Position numbers and translations under genes: made by a program | Assembly: GCA_965206125.1 (NCBI GenBank) | Contig: CBDBIN010000045.1 | Span: 772,531-836,530 of the forward strand | DNA length: 64,000 bases | Source: Terriglobia bacterium | GTDB lineage: Bacteria; Acidobacteriota; Terriglobia; 20CM-2-55-15 | Reading direction: 5' to 3' | Part shown: one piece after another, positions 17,963 through 28,108 of the stretch | How positions within the stretch are numbered: position 1 is the stretch's first letter | Layout: every line of letters begins with the position of its first letter | The notes under the pieces: generated by a model | What the model was told of the DNA's origin: nothing | The model's database searches: none | What the model saw: only the letters and a program-made list of their open reading frames with translations

Positions 17963-18835
17963 ATGAAACGTTTCGCTCTCGCAATCGTTCTCGGGCTGCT
18001 GATGCAGTCCAGTGCTTTCGCGACGTGGTCTCTGCTGGCACTGGACACAAGGACCGGCCAGGTGATCATCGCGTCCGCGACATGTGTGCCGCAGAGTCGC
18101 TTCCCCCCTCGCCCATCGAGAGACTTGATGGACATCCAGGCCGTGATCGTCCCGGGTGTGGCGGTTGCCGCGTGCCAGGCCGCCGTGGACAACTCCGGCC
18201 AGAATCAGCAACTGGTCTTCGACGAATTGAAGAAGGGCACGCCGCCGGCTGAAATCATCGAGAAACTGCGCGAGTTCGAGAAGGCCAAGGGGCCCGAAGA
18301 TGACCGCATGGAGCGGCGTCAGTTCGGAATCATCGACATGCAGGGACGCCGCGCGGGGCACAGCGGCTCGGGCAACGGCAACGCGTCGCTGGACGTCTCG
18401 GGCAACGTCGGAGACTATATTTTCTATCAGTTCCAGGGGAACTCGTTGCTGAGCGACGACGTGATGCTGAACGCCGAGGTGGCATTCACGAAGACGAAGG
18501 GCACGCTGGCCGACCGCGTCATGGCAGCGATGGAAGGGGCCGATGAGAAGGGCGGCGACGGACGCTGCACCTGCGAGGAGGCGCCCTATCCCATGGCGCC
18601 CTGCGAGGGCAAGACCTCGCACGTTGCATACATCCTGATCTCGGACACGGGCGACCCCGAGGGCGAGGGTTTCAATGGCGGCACGTACTTTGCCTACATC
18701 AGCGCGACCGACCAGAACATCCAGCCTTGGGAGAACGCGAACCCGGTGAAGACGCTCAGAATGCGCTATGACATCTGGAAGGATTCCGGCAGCCCGCGCA
18801 TGGACTTCGACGCGGCATGGTCACCCGAAAGGTAA
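17963..18835 (+). CDS. DUF1028 family secreted protein (Ntn-hydrolase-like)
   Basis: The signal peptide MKRFALAIVLGLLMQSSAFA is followed immediately by TWSLLALDTRTGQVIIASAT, matching the N-terminal Thr pattern of DUF1028. The ORF-track start at 17654 is an upstream extension. Confidence 0.45.
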   Translation: MKRFALAIVLGLLMQSSAFATWSLLALDTRTGQVIIASATCVPQSRFPPRPSRDLMDIQAVIVPGVAVAACQAAVDNSGQNQQLVFDELKKGTPPAEIIEKLREFEKAKGPEDDRMERRQFGIIDMQGRRAGHSGSGNGNASLDVSGNVGDYIFYQFQGNSLLSDDVMLNAEVAFTKTKGTLADRVMAAMEGADEKGGDGRCTCEEAPYPMAPCEGKTSHVAYILISDTGDPEGEGFNGGTYFAYISATDQNIQPWENANPVKTLRMRYDIWKDSGSPRMDFDAAWSPER

Positions 18836-18886
18836 TTCGTTCACGCCGGCGCGTGCACCCGGTACGCGCCGAGCCAGGAGAACCCA

Positions 18887-19369
18887 ATGTACAGAACGAT
18901 TGCGGCGCTCATCGGCGCTGTTCTGATTTCAATGATGATCCCGTCCGCCCTCGATGCGCAGCTCGCGGACCGCAAGGTGATCACGCTCGAGGGCGCCAAG
19001 AAAATGATGGCGGCGGCCGAGGCCGAGGCTAACTCGAACGGCTGGACGGTGGCTATTGCGATCGTCGATGAAGCGGGAGACCTGATCGCTTTTCGCAAGA
19101 TCGACGGCACACAGGCAGGCAGCATCGACGTGGCAATCGGAAAGGCCCGCACCGCGGCACGGCTGAAGCGTCCGACCAAAGACCTGGAGGACGCGATCGC
19201 GGGAGGCCGTTCGACTCTCCTGGCAGTCGATGGGATCATGCCGCTCGAAGGCGGAGTTCCTGTCGTCGTGGACGGTGAGGTCATAGGCGCGATTGGCGCC
19301 AGCGGGGTGACGTCCCAACAAGACGCGCAGGTGGCCCAGGCCGGAGTGGACGCACTGGAGCGACAGTAA
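18887..19369 (+). CDS. GlcG/HbpS-like haem-binding protein (DUF336)
   Basis: 160 aa with a signal peptide and the motif AIAIVDEAGDLIAFRKIDGTQAGSIDVAIGKARTAA. Confidence 0.7.
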   Translation: MYRTIAALIGAVLISMMIPSALDAQLADRKVITLEGAKKMMAAAEAEANSNGWTVAIAIVDEAGDLIAFRKIDGTQAGSIDVAIGKARTAARLKRPTKDLEDAIAGGRSTLLAVDGIMPLEGGVPVVVDGEVIGAIGASGVTSQQDAQVAQAGVDALERQ

Positions 19370-19389
19370 GCGTGCAGCAGTGGAGGATG

Positions 19390-19429
19390 AAAAAAGGCCC
19401 GGACATCGCCGTCCGGGCCTTTCGTTTTT
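19390..19429. terminator. bidirectional rho-independent terminator
   Basis: aaaaaa-GGCCCGGAC-atcgcc-GTCCGGGCC-tttcgttttt. A perfect 9-bp GC stem is followed by a T-tract and preceded by an A-tract. It sits between a convergent gene pair. Confidence 0.8.
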
Positions 19430-19448
19430 CCGCAGATCCGTAACGACG

Positions 19449-20933
19449 CTACTGGAGCAGGAACGCCCCCCGCTGATTAGCGAAAGCCCTGAAAAGTTCG
19501 GGACCCGTCAGGAAATCCTCGAAGCTCTCCAGCTTGCGCGTGTCCGCCTCGACGTACTCGCGGATCAACTCCTGGTAACGAGCCACGCGCGAACCTAGGG
19601 CCTCCGTGTCGAGCCACTTCGTCGCAATGTCTCGCACGTAGCCCATGTAGCGTTCCCGCAATGCCTGCACGGCGAGCAGCCTGGAGCGCAACGGCTTGCC
19701 TGGATCGTCGAGGCCGACCAGGGGATCGAGATCGATCGTCGCGCGTAGCCTCCCGCCGCCTCGGCCTCCACGACCACCACGGCCCCCTCCACGGGCGGGG
19801 ACGCGGAACGTCTCGTTGCCGTCGTGCGGGATGATGTGGAACTGTCCGTCCGGATCCTGGTACATGTCGTAATCGCTCGCCCGGGTCCAGTACCCGTCGC
19901 CGTTGAGCAGGACGACGTCTACGGCTAGAAACTTCAGGACTTCGTCGATGTCGAGGATGGGATCGAGCGCGGCTTCGAGTTGTTCGGCCGGGGTTTCGTT
20001 CAACACACGAGTCAGTTCGATGAGGTCGGCCCACGAATCATCACTGTCCTTCGTCTTGATGTCGTACACGCTCTTGTAAGCGGCGACGTCATCGCCGAAA
20101 TACTCCAGACCACGCCCCCCACGGGGATTCCCCTTCACTTTCCAGCGAGCACCGCCCCTTGTGGCGAATGCATCACGCACGAAATCGCTGTTGAACTGCT
20201 CGACGTTCACATACACACCCCAACTCTCACCGTTGATGACCACCCGCACGAAGTTGGCCCTCGGGGCGGCCATGTAATCCCGCGATAACTCGTAGTAGAG
20301 CACTGAACGCAGGTACGTCGGATCTGTGTGCGAGTTGAGCAGGTTGAGCGTTCGATGTCCTCCGAGTCGCTGGTCGTCGTGGGCCATGTCGATCGACACG
20401 TTGAGAGACCGTTTGAGCCCCGGCCACACCGTGAAGTACGACGAAGCGCCCCGGAAAGAGACGCCGACGTCGTCGTAGACCTTGCCGTCGACCGTCATCG
20501 TGGCCGGGACCTCGACGTCCGAGTACCGAAACGCCCCGAGTTCCGCCTCCCAATCTTCGTTCTCGAAATCGAAGAACAGAGTGCGCAGCACCGACGTGTC
20601 GTAAAGGAGCTCATCGTCGTAGATCGTCACGTCAGCGGGTGACAGCCGCTCGCCGGGCTCTGGCGGTAGTGGGGCATCGCCCCCCGGTCCCCGACGCGTC
20701 GGTTGCGTCACGATGAACTCGCGGGCCGGCACGCGTTCTTCCGCGTCGAGCCACCCGTCGCCATTCGTGTCGAATCGGTCGATAATGTCCAGTTCAACCA
20801 GGCCGGCGGTGGGGTTGGCGGCCCCTCCGCGACCACCCCGCTGCGGGGCCGCCGCTCCGGACGCGGCGATTGCGATCATGGCCAAACACGCGGCGAATGC
20901 CGCGCCAATACGGATGGATGCTTTCATAGTCAT
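19449..20933 (-). CDS. CotH-family (spore-coat-protein-H-like kinase fold) secreted protein with an EF-hand-like DxNGDG motif and an RGG repeat
   Basis: 494 aa with a signal peptide. DTNGDGWLDAEE is a calcium-binding-like loop. Core CotH-like motifs (VVINGESWGVY, IIPHDGNETF) are present. A GGGRGGRGGRGGG low-complexity insert is also present. Confidence 0.6.
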   Translation of the reverse strand: MTMKASIRIGAAFAACLAMIAIAASGAAAPQRGGRGGAANPTAGLVELDIIDRFDTNGDGWLDAEERVPAREFIVTQPTRRGPGGDAPLPPEPGERLSPADVTIYDDELLYDTSVLRTLFFDFENEDWEAELGAFRYSDVEVPATMTVDGKVYDDVGVSFRGASSYFTVWPGLKRSLNVSIDMAHDDQRLGGHRTLNLLNSHTDPTYLRSVLYYELSRDYMAAPRANFVRVVINGESWGVYVNVEQFNSDFVRDAFATRGGARWKVKGNPRGGRGLEYFGDDVAAYKSVYDIKTKDSDDSWADLIELTRVLNETPAEQLEAALDPILDIDEVLKFLAVDVVLLNGDGYWTRASDYDMYQDPDGQFHIIPHDGNETFRVPARGGGRGGRGGRGGGRLRATIDLDPLVGLDDPGKPLRSRLLAVQALRERYMGYVRDIATKWLDTEALGSRVARYQELIREYVEADTRKLESFEDFLTGPELFRAFANQRGAFLLQ

Positions 20934-20939
20934 GCCTCC

Positions 20940-21644
20940 TCAGTCGCCTTTCGTCTTGCGCCGTTGCAACTGCACACTCTCGACGCCGTCCATCTCATTC
21001 AACGCGCGGACCAGAGCTTCGGCAGCATCGTCCGCAGTCAGGTGCCCTTCGTAGGATACTTCAATCGCCGAGCCCTCAGACACGGTCCCCATGGACCTCA
21101 GGCGCCTCCCTTCGATGTACTGGTCCAGCACTGGAACGACGATTCCGTTCACGTCCTGGCTGCTCCGAACCCTCAGCTTGAGCGTGCACGGCCGGACCAG
21201 GCGGCCGGCCCGTGGCTCGGGCGGCGGTGGGACGGCCGGCGGCCGCATCAGGTAAGCGGCAAAAGCGACGACCACGATACCGATGCCGGCTACCCACGGA
21301 TCACCGGCGCCCGCGGCCATCCCGACGACGACCGCAAAAATAACATAGGCCGTGTCCTGCGTGTCGCGTACGACGGTCCGAAACCGCACGATCGAAAGCG
21401 CACCGACCAGGCTGAATGCGCGTGCCACATTGTCTCCGATCACCTGCGTCACCATCGCGATCAGGATCGCCAGGAGCACAAGCGTCGTCTTGAACGACCC
21501 GACGACGTCTTCGGGCGCCCGGGTGCGGCTGTACACAAACACAACGATGCCGCCGAGCACCATTGCAGCGACCAACCGCACGCCAATGGCGAGAGGAGTG
21601 GGCAAAGGCCCGGGCTCGAGCTGAGTCTGCAGGAATTCAAGCAT
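20940..21644 (-). CDS. DUF4956 domain membrane protein
   Basis: Multi-TM N-terminal half plus a soluble C-terminal domain. This is the usual genomic partner of VTC-domain and CotH proteins. The start is placed at MLEFLQTQLE, giving an 8-nt overlap with the upstream gene. Confidence 0.6.
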   Translation of the reverse strand: MLEFLQTQLEPGPLPTPLAIGVRLVAAMVLGGIVVFVYSRTRAPEDVVGSFKTTLVLLAILIAMVTQVIGDNVARAFSLVGALSIVRFRTVVRDTQDTAYVIFAVVVGMAAGAGDPWVAGIGIVVVAFAAYLMRPPAVPPPPEPRAGRLVRPCTLKLRVRSSQDVNGIVVPVLDQYIEGRRLRSMGTVSEGSAIEVSYEGHLTADDAAEALVRALNEMDGVESVQLQRRKTKGD

Positions 21645-22365
21645 CGGCTGGACTTTTAGCCTCGAGCGGCGCCTCGACATCCCTCGCCGCCACGAGCCCG
21701 TACAGCGCACTAATCCCGAGACGGTACTTCGATATCCTCACCGACTCCAGTTTGAAGTCGTTGACGAGCTGCTGGAACAGCGGCGGCATGGCAGCGCGAA
21801 ACTTGACCTCCAGCAGCACGGCCGACTCCACGATCGGTACACCGTTCCCCTCGACGAACGCGAGGTCGTTTGCACGCAAAACTCGGATCTCCCGGTCGGC
21901 CGTCAGGCGTACCGGTCCGGCATCGGTGGAAGCCACGCGCGCAGTCCTGCGGTACGCCACCTGACAGACGGGGTCGAGGCGTCTCAGTTGAAGGCGTTTG
22001 TGAAACCAGTCGCCGGACCACCCGGGCACCGGGCCACTTCCGTTCAATCGGTTCAATTCGGTACGGAGGACAGTCGTCCGCCGTTTGCTCACACGGTCGG
22101 CCCTACGGATCTTTCTCTCCAGAAAGACCCTGTCGCCGTCGCCGTAGACGCGGGCACGGTACTTACTGCGGCCGAACGATCCACGGCGATGGAACACGTC
22201 AAAATCTTCTGTATCGAAATAGACGCTTCTGGTGAGGTACTCATCGCCCGCTTGGCCGCCGCCATGGGGGTCGGGGGCGAGGCGCACTCGCGCCCATTCG
22301 ATGATTTCATCTGCCGTCGGCGGGTCGATAACGAACTTGATCTCAAACGCAGGACCGGGGAGCAT
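21637..22365 (-). CDS. VTC domain (polyphosphate-polymerase-like, CYTH fold) protein
   Basis: 242 aa. The motif FEIKFVI...YLTRSVYFDTEDFDVF...RGSFGRSKYRARVYG is typical of the bacterial VTC domain (PF09359). Confidence 0.65.
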   Translation of the reverse strand: MLPGPAFEIKFVIDPPTADEIIEWARVRLAPDPHGGGQAGDEYLTRSVYFDTEDFDVFHRRGSFGRSKYRARVYGDGDRVFLERKIRRADRVSKRRTTVLRTELNRLNGSGPVPGWSGDWFHKRLQLRRLDPVCQVAYRRTARVASTDAGPVRLTADREIRVLRANDLAFVEGNGVPIVESAVLLEVKFRAAMPPLFQQLVNDFKLESVRISKYRLGISALYGLVAARDVEAPLEAKSPADA

Positions 22366-22445
22366 CAGGAAAGTTAACCACGAATCCCCAGCCGAGTTCC
22401 AGACCCCTGGCGGTTAAGTTGTGTAAACGGACGCTTCTGGGCCGC

Positions 22446-25304
22446 CTAGCGCTGTTCCGGCATCAGCGTCACGCGAACTCGATTCTCCATGTTGAAGTAC
22501 TTGCGGGCGGTTGCCTGAATCGAATCGGGTGTCAGCACCTCTACCGAGCCTGGGTAAGTCTCAATCGACCCCCCGGGCTCGTTCCCCCGCTGGTAGTCGA
22601 ATACGAGTTGGCCGAGGATCGTCCCGTTCTGCTGAAAATTGGTCTCGAATGCCCGAAGCAGCGCCTCGCGTGTGTTTGCGACCTCGATTTCTGTGGGTCC
22701 TTCCGTCTTGAGCGCCTCGATTCCGTCATAGACGGTCTGGACGAGTTCCTCCGTCCGCTCCGGGTCGGACCCGAAGCTGATCGTCAACCTGTACGTCTCC
22801 TCCGGCCGCCAGTTGTAGCCTGCACTCACGCTGACGCTGTACGTACCGCCGAGTTCCTCGCGCATGTAGTCGAACAGTCTCTCCTGAAGCGTCATGGCCA
22901 TGGCGCGGATTCCTGTCCGCTCCGCCTGGGATTCGTAATCGAAGGGACCGGTGAACGCGATACGGGTCTGGCTTCGCGGCTCGATTCCCTTGTTGACCGT
23001 TTCCTCGATCACTCCCGTCGGAGCCCGCACGCCGATGTCCCGCCACGTCTCCTGACGGCCCGTTGACGGCAGCGCTCCCAGATACCGCTCGACCAACGGT
23101 CGCATCCGATCGGGATCTATGTTGCCGACAAAGACGAACGTGTAATCACCGGCGTCAGCAAAGCGATCTTCATAGAAGGCCAGCGACTCGTAAAGATCGG
23201 CCTCATCGATCATCTCGACAGTGGGCGGGCGTTGCCGCGGGTGATCCTGCGTCATGATGCGCGTGTAGGCATCGCTGAATACCGCTGCCGGATTCATGCC
23301 GCGATTCGCCAGGAACTGGCGGTTCTGGGTCTGCCACACCTCGAAGAACGTATCGTCGGCACGCGGAGCGGTGAAGCGCAGGTAGATCAACTGGAACATC
23401 GTCTCCAGATCCGCCGGCGACGCCGAACCGCTGACGCCTTCCTCAAAGGTCGAGATGAACGGACGTACGTTCGCAACTTTGCCCGTCAGAATTTTCTGCA
23501 GGTCGATCGCGTTGAATTCTCCAACGCCGCCGTTGGGGATCAAGGAGTCGGCGGTAGTAGCCGGAACAAAGTCTTCATCGGCGGCAAGCGATGTCCCGCC
23601 TGGGCTGAACGCGCGGAAGACAACCTGGTCGTCGGAATAATCGGTTGGTTTCAAAACAACGCGGATCCCATTGGCGAGCGTCCATTCCGTAATGTCGAAG
23701 CTACGGGTTTCCGTTCCGACGATCCGGGAACCATCGGGCACATCCGCCAGAAGCGGCCGGTCGCTGACAGTGTCGACATATGCGGTAATCTCGGCGCTGT
23801 CTCGGGCGTCGATGACGGCACTCAATGCCTCCTCGGCGGGCATCGTCACGCCTTCCTTTTCTGGGCCGGTGACCAGGACGACCCGGTTTGCATCACGGAT
23901 CCAGTCCTGGCCGACTCTGTTGACCTCTTCGAGCGTGATTTCGGGGATGAACCGCTGGTAAAGGGCGTATTCGTATTCGATGCCGGGGATCGACTCCCCG
24001 TCCAGAAAGGCGCGGATGTACTCGGATGCGTAGGAACTCGAATTGCGATTTGCACGGTTGGTGTTGGCTCGCTCGATACCGCGCAGGGCGTTGGTCTTTT
24101 CCCGCTCGAGCTCCGAGGCGGTGAACCCGAATCGCGCGACACGCTCAGCTTCGGTGAACAGCGCTCCCAGACCGCGTTCGATGCCGTTCTCCAGGACGCC
24201 GGCCGTCAACGCGTAGACGCCCTTCGAACGGATCAGCTGCCCGGAAGCGGATGACGCTCCCATGAACGGCGCGTTTGGGCTCCTGGCGATTTCCGCGAAG
24301 CGGCCGCTGAGTATGCCATTGTAAAGCTGTTCGACGATCCTCTCCCGGTAGCCGCCGATCGTCCAGTCTTCCTCGACATCCATTTTGTGGTAGACCGAAA
24401 CGCTCGACGAAGACAGCTCCGGATCGGTCACGATGGAAAACAGGGTTTCCTCATGGTCTGGGACGCCGTAGTCGGTCCGCTCCCTGGGGCTCTGGGCCCT
24501 GGGAAGGTCCTCGAAGTGCTCGCGCACCAGAGCCTCGATGTCGGATGCCTCAAAATCCCCCACCGCGATGACCGCCATCAGGTCCAGCCGATACCAGTCC
24601 GTGTAAAACCGTCGGAGCGATTCGTGATCGAAGTTCTCGAGGCTGTCGAGCGTCCCGATCGGCGAGCGGTCAGCGTAACGCGAGTCTCTGAAAAGGATCG
24701 GAAACTGCTGGTCGCGAATCCGGGCTCCCGCACCCCGTCGTAACCGCCACTCCTCGATGATGACGCCACGTTCCTTGTCGATCTCTTCGGGATCGAGAGT
24801 CAACCCATGGGCCCAGTCCTCCAAGATCTGGAACGCCGTGGCCATATGCTCCGGGTTCTCGGTGGGAAGCTCGAGAGTGTAGATGGTTTCGTCGAAAGAC
24901 GTGGTGGCGTTGACGCCCGGACCCAGGCCCATCCCGATCGATTCCATGAACTCGACCAGCTCACTTTTCTCGAAATTCTCGGCGCCGTTGAAGGCCATGT
25001 GCTCGACAAAATGAGCGAGCCCAAGCTGGTCTTCGTCTTCGACGATTGATCCGACGCTCACGACGAGCCGCAGCTCGGCCCGGTTTTCGGGTTCCTGGTT
25101 CTCGCGGATGAAGTAGCGAAGACCGTTGTCGAATCGACCGACCGTAACGTTCGGGCCAACCGGGGTCTGCTGATCCAGCGGAGCGGTGAACGCTTCCTGG
25201 GGAACCGCAATCGTTGTCTGCTGGGCAAGCACCGTTGGGGCGGACGACACCAACGCGAGCGTCAGCATCAGGAAAGCAAGGATCGGAATGCGGCTCTCTC
25301 TCAT
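22446..25304 (-). CDS. secreted peptidase M16 (pitrilysin/insulinase family), two tandem M16 halves
   Basis: 952 aa with a signal peptide. The inverted zinc motif HFVEHMAFNG (HxxEH) and a downstream Glu are present. Length is consistent with an active N-terminal M16 unit plus an inactive C-terminal one. Confidence 0.85.
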   Translation of the reverse strand: MRESRIPILAFLMLTLALVSSAPTVLAQQTTIAVPQEAFTAPLDQQTPVGPNVTVGRFDNGLRYFIRENQEPENRAELRLVVSVGSIVEDEDQLGLAHFVEHMAFNGAENFEKSELVEFMESIGMGLGPGVNATTSFDETIYTLELPTENPEHMATAFQILEDWAHGLTLDPEEIDKERGVIIEEWRLRRGAGARIRDQQFPILFRDSRYADRSPIGTLDSLENFDHESLRRFYTDWYRLDLMAVIAVGDFEASDIEALVREHFEDLPRAQSPRERTDYGVPDHEETLFSIVTDPELSSSSVSVYHKMDVEEDWTIGGYRERIVEQLYNGILSGRFAEIARSPNAPFMGASSASGQLIRSKGVYALTAGVLENGIERGLGALFTEAERVARFGFTASELEREKTNALRGIERANTNRANRNSSSYASEYIRAFLDGESIPGIEYEYALYQRFIPEITLEEVNRVGQDWIRDANRVVLVTGPEKEGVTMPAEEALSAVIDARDSAEITAYVDTVSDRPLLADVPDGSRIVGTETRSFDITEWTLANGIRVVLKPTDYSDDQVVFRAFSPGGTSLAADEDFVPATTADSLIPNGGVGEFNAIDLQKILTGKVANVRPFISTFEEGVSGSASPADLETMFQLIYLRFTAPRADDTFFEVWQTQNRQFLANRGMNPAAVFSDAYTRIMTQDHPRQRPPTVEMIDEADLYESLAFYEDRFADAGDYTFVFVGNIDPDRMRPLVERYLGALPSTGRQETWRDIGVRAPTGVIEETVNKGIEPRSQTRIAFTGPFDYESQAERTGIRAMAMTLQERLFDYMREELGGTYSVSVSAGYNWRPEETYRLTISFGSDPERTEELVQTVYDGIEALKTEGPTEIEVANTREALLRAFETNFQQNGTILGQLVFDYQRGNEPGGSIETYPGSVEVLTPDSIQATARKYFNMENRVRVTLMPEQR

Positions 25305-25598
25305 CGAAGACTCCTTTTCGTCGTCCCCGGCTGTTGCCGGGACGGCTCTCGACTAAATGCGATAAACCATAATAGAACGCAGTTCCCTCTAATTGGCAAC
25401 AAGCTTGGGTAAGGGATGGACTCCACGGCTTCATCATGCCCCCCGGAGCCGGGGCTCGGGCGAGCGAATCGTATCGTTTGGTGTTTTGGAACAGCGTCTC
25501 CTATGATCGGTCCTGCAACTGGAAAATTATTTGCGGCTCTTCCCTGGGTATCAACATGTTGGGAGAGCTCTGAACCCAATTCTTTGGAGGCTTACACC

Positions 25599-26129
25599 GT
25601 GGAACGCATGATTGCCAAGCTCCTCGAGGATTTCGAGAACGGACACATGAACCGCCGCCAGCTCATTCAGAGCCTGGCCCTCTCCGCCGCCGCAGTGTCC
25701 GCCGCCGGCGCCGCTGGCTCACCGACAACTCAGTCTGGCGGCTTCAAGACAATTAGCGTGGATCACATTTCCTACCAGGTCGCCGATTACACAAAAACTC
25801 GGGACTTCTACGCCGATCTGATGGGGATGACCGTCGCCGGAGACAACGGAACCAACCAATGCCAACTAACGTTCGGCGATTCTCTTCTTATCGCTCGCAA
25901 TCGCCGCGATAGCGCAGGTTCAGGCCCGACGGTGGACCACATGTCGTACAAGATCGAAGATTGGGACACCGACCGTGTGCGGACGGAGCTGGACCGCCGT
26001 GGCCTGGAACCGCGTCTGGACAGAGGACCCGGTGGAACCTATGCGAGTTTCCACGTGGCGGACCCGGATGGATACGACGTTCAGATTAGCGGCGAGTTGA
26101 AGCCGGGAGATTCTTTGTACGAAGGATGA
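25599..26129 (+). CDS. VOC family (glyoxalase/bleomycin-resistance/extradiol dioxygenase fold) protein with a Tat signal
   Basis: A GGAGG RBS at 25587-25591 precedes a GTG/ATG start (MERMIAKL). The Tat motif NRRQLIQSLALSAAAVSAAGAA and a VOC beta-alpha-beta-beta-beta pattern (ISVDHISYQVADYTKTRDFY...) are present. Confidence 0.5.
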   Translation: MERMIAKLLEDFENGHMNRRQLIQSLALSAAAVSAAGAAGSPTTQSGGFKTISVDHISYQVADYTKTRDFYADLMGMTVAGDNGTNQCQLTFGDSLLIARNRRDSAGSGPTVDHMSYKIEDWDTDRVRTELDRRGLEPRLDRGPGGTYASFHVADPDGYDVQISGELKPGDSLYEG

Positions 26130-26279
26130 CTAGTGTCCTGTGCTGAAAGTAAAGCTGTAGCGGCGCTCTATTGAGCGCAGAGTCCGGATTCGCTCGATTC
26201 CGGCGGTCATAGACCGCCGCTACAGAGAATGGTCGATGATCAATGGGTAGATCGGGCTTTCGCGACAGGCGGGTAGTCC

Positions 26280-27837
26280 TTACTCCGGGTCTTCCGGCCG
26301 CTGCCGGTGGAAGTCCGTGACGGCCTGGTAGGCCGCAACGACGGCAAAGAGCCGTTCTTCACCGAACGGTGGCGCGGCCAGCACGGCGCCCCGGGGGCGA
26401 CGACGCCCGGAGTCCTCGTGGATGTCGAAGCCGATCGGCATGCACATCAACGGCAGGCCGGTGCCGTCGAAAGCGCCGGTCGAACTCGTCAGCACGACAT
26501 CACACTGGTTGAACAGCTGCGTAAGCATGCGCTCGAGGAGAAGATGTCTGGCCTGTTGCACTTTCACGTAGGTATCGGCGCTTTGGAACATGCCGTTGAG
26601 AAACCGCGGAAGCCGATCCGCGAAGTTCCGCACGTCCTTCCGGAGATGCTCGATGAAGAAAGCCGTGGGATCGCCGTGCGAGGTGCCGAACGGGTTCGAC
26701 GTGAGCTCATCCCATTGGTCCGGCAGGGTCATGTCCGGGACGATCGTGACGGACGGATTCCGTTCCAACTCGGTGACCAACTCACCTCGGAGTTCATTCG
26801 TCCGCTCGTTGTTGGACGCGAGATAATCGGGCCAGATGCCGATCCGCGTGGGCCAGCGGACGCGCGGTCGTTCTCCCCCGAACGGCGTCGCGGCCAGGGC
26901 GTAATTCGGCGGCGGGGGCAGCCCCAGCGTCCTCGGATCGTTGGGATCAGCCACGGCCAGCGTCTGTAACACGATTGCCGCGTCCAGGGCGTTACGCGCC
27001 ATCGGACCGACATGGTCCCGGGTCAGGCTGAGCGGGATGATCCCGTGAAGGGAGATACGTCCGAAAGTCGGCTTGATGCACGTCAGTCCCTGGGCGTTGC
27101 CGGGTCCAAGAACCGAACCTCCGGTCTGCGTGCCGAAGCCCGCAACGGCCAGCCGGCCCGCAACGGCTGTCCCTGTCCCTGAAGACGACCCGGCGGGACT
27201 GACAGACGGGTCGTTGGGCACCCAGGCGTTTCTTGTCGTCGGAATCGTCGTGCCGTACTGCCGGGCACGGCCGCCCGCCAGGTTTCCCATCTGCGCTTTC
27301 CCCACTACCAGGGCGCCTGCGGCTCGCATCAGCGAAACGGCTGTCGCGTCGTAGTCGGGTTGGAAACCCTCGAAAACGAGCGAGCCGCCCTCGGTCAGCA
27401 GATCCGAAGTGTAGAAATTGTCCTTCGGTGCGAAACAGATCCCGCGCAGAGGAGCGTTCGGGCCGTCGGGCGGAATGCGCTCAGCCAGGGAGAGAAGGTC
27501 TTCCCGTGACGGTCGGGCGGCGTACGCCTGGTAGATGGCGTCGAAGGCCTCTATCCGATCCACGTAGGCATCGACGAGATCCGAAGGCGCGAGCGTCCCA
27601 TTGCCGGATGAGCGTCATCGTTTCCGACAACGTCAGCTCGGTCAGATCGTCAAGCGCTTGAGGACTGACCGAGCGCGCGAAGGCCTCTTCGGACACGTTT
27701 GGAGCTCGGGTGCGTGCAAGGGCCGGAATCTCTCCAAGGAGCGTACCCGTCGCCGACGCCGACGACACCCAGGCCATCCTGTTGAGGAACCATCGGCGGG
27801 AGACGTTCCGGTCCTGAGGTGGAGGCGTACGACCCAT
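26280..27837 (-). CDS. amidase-signature family amidase with a Tat signal peptide; an apparent +1 frameshift near 27585-27605 separates the signal/N-terminus from the catalytic body
   Basis: The body ORF 26280-27563 has the amidase-signature GGSSSGTGTAVAGRLAVAGFGTQTGGS. The N-terminus with the Tat motif SRRWFLNRMAWVSSASATG is in another frame (ORF 27481-27837). The frames join as ...MTLIRQ then GNGTLAPSDLVDAYVDRIEAF. Confidence 0.6.
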
Positions 27838-27840
27838 CGG

Positions 27841-27981
27841 CTATTCTTCTTCGGTCCAGGCCGTGAACGGAGCCGGGAAAGGTTGGGGAAGCGTGAACTG
27901 GGGATCGATCTGGAAGTCCGCCGCGACCACGTCCTGTCTGAGAATGGACCGGGCGTTACGGAGCAGGCGCTCCTGATCCAT
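27841..27981 (-). CDS. possible 46-aa upstream ORF translationally coupled to the amidase gene
   Basis: MDQERLLRNARSILRQDVVAADFQIDPQFTLPQPFPAPFTAWTEEE. A GAAGAGG-like RBS is present. Its TAG stop lies 3 nt before the amidase ATG. Confidence 0.2.
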   Translation of the reverse strand: MDQERLLRNARSILRQDVVAADFQIDPQFTLPQPFPAPFTAWTEEE

Positions 27982-28108
27982 GGGCGCCTCTTCGTCCGAG
28001 ACGGGCAGTACGGATATGTCGACACCGAGCAGTGCGTACCTGGTACGGATGAAGGTGTCTAGTTCTTCGTCGGTGGGAGGCTCCGGAGGGATCGGGTTCT
28101 GCACCGAT

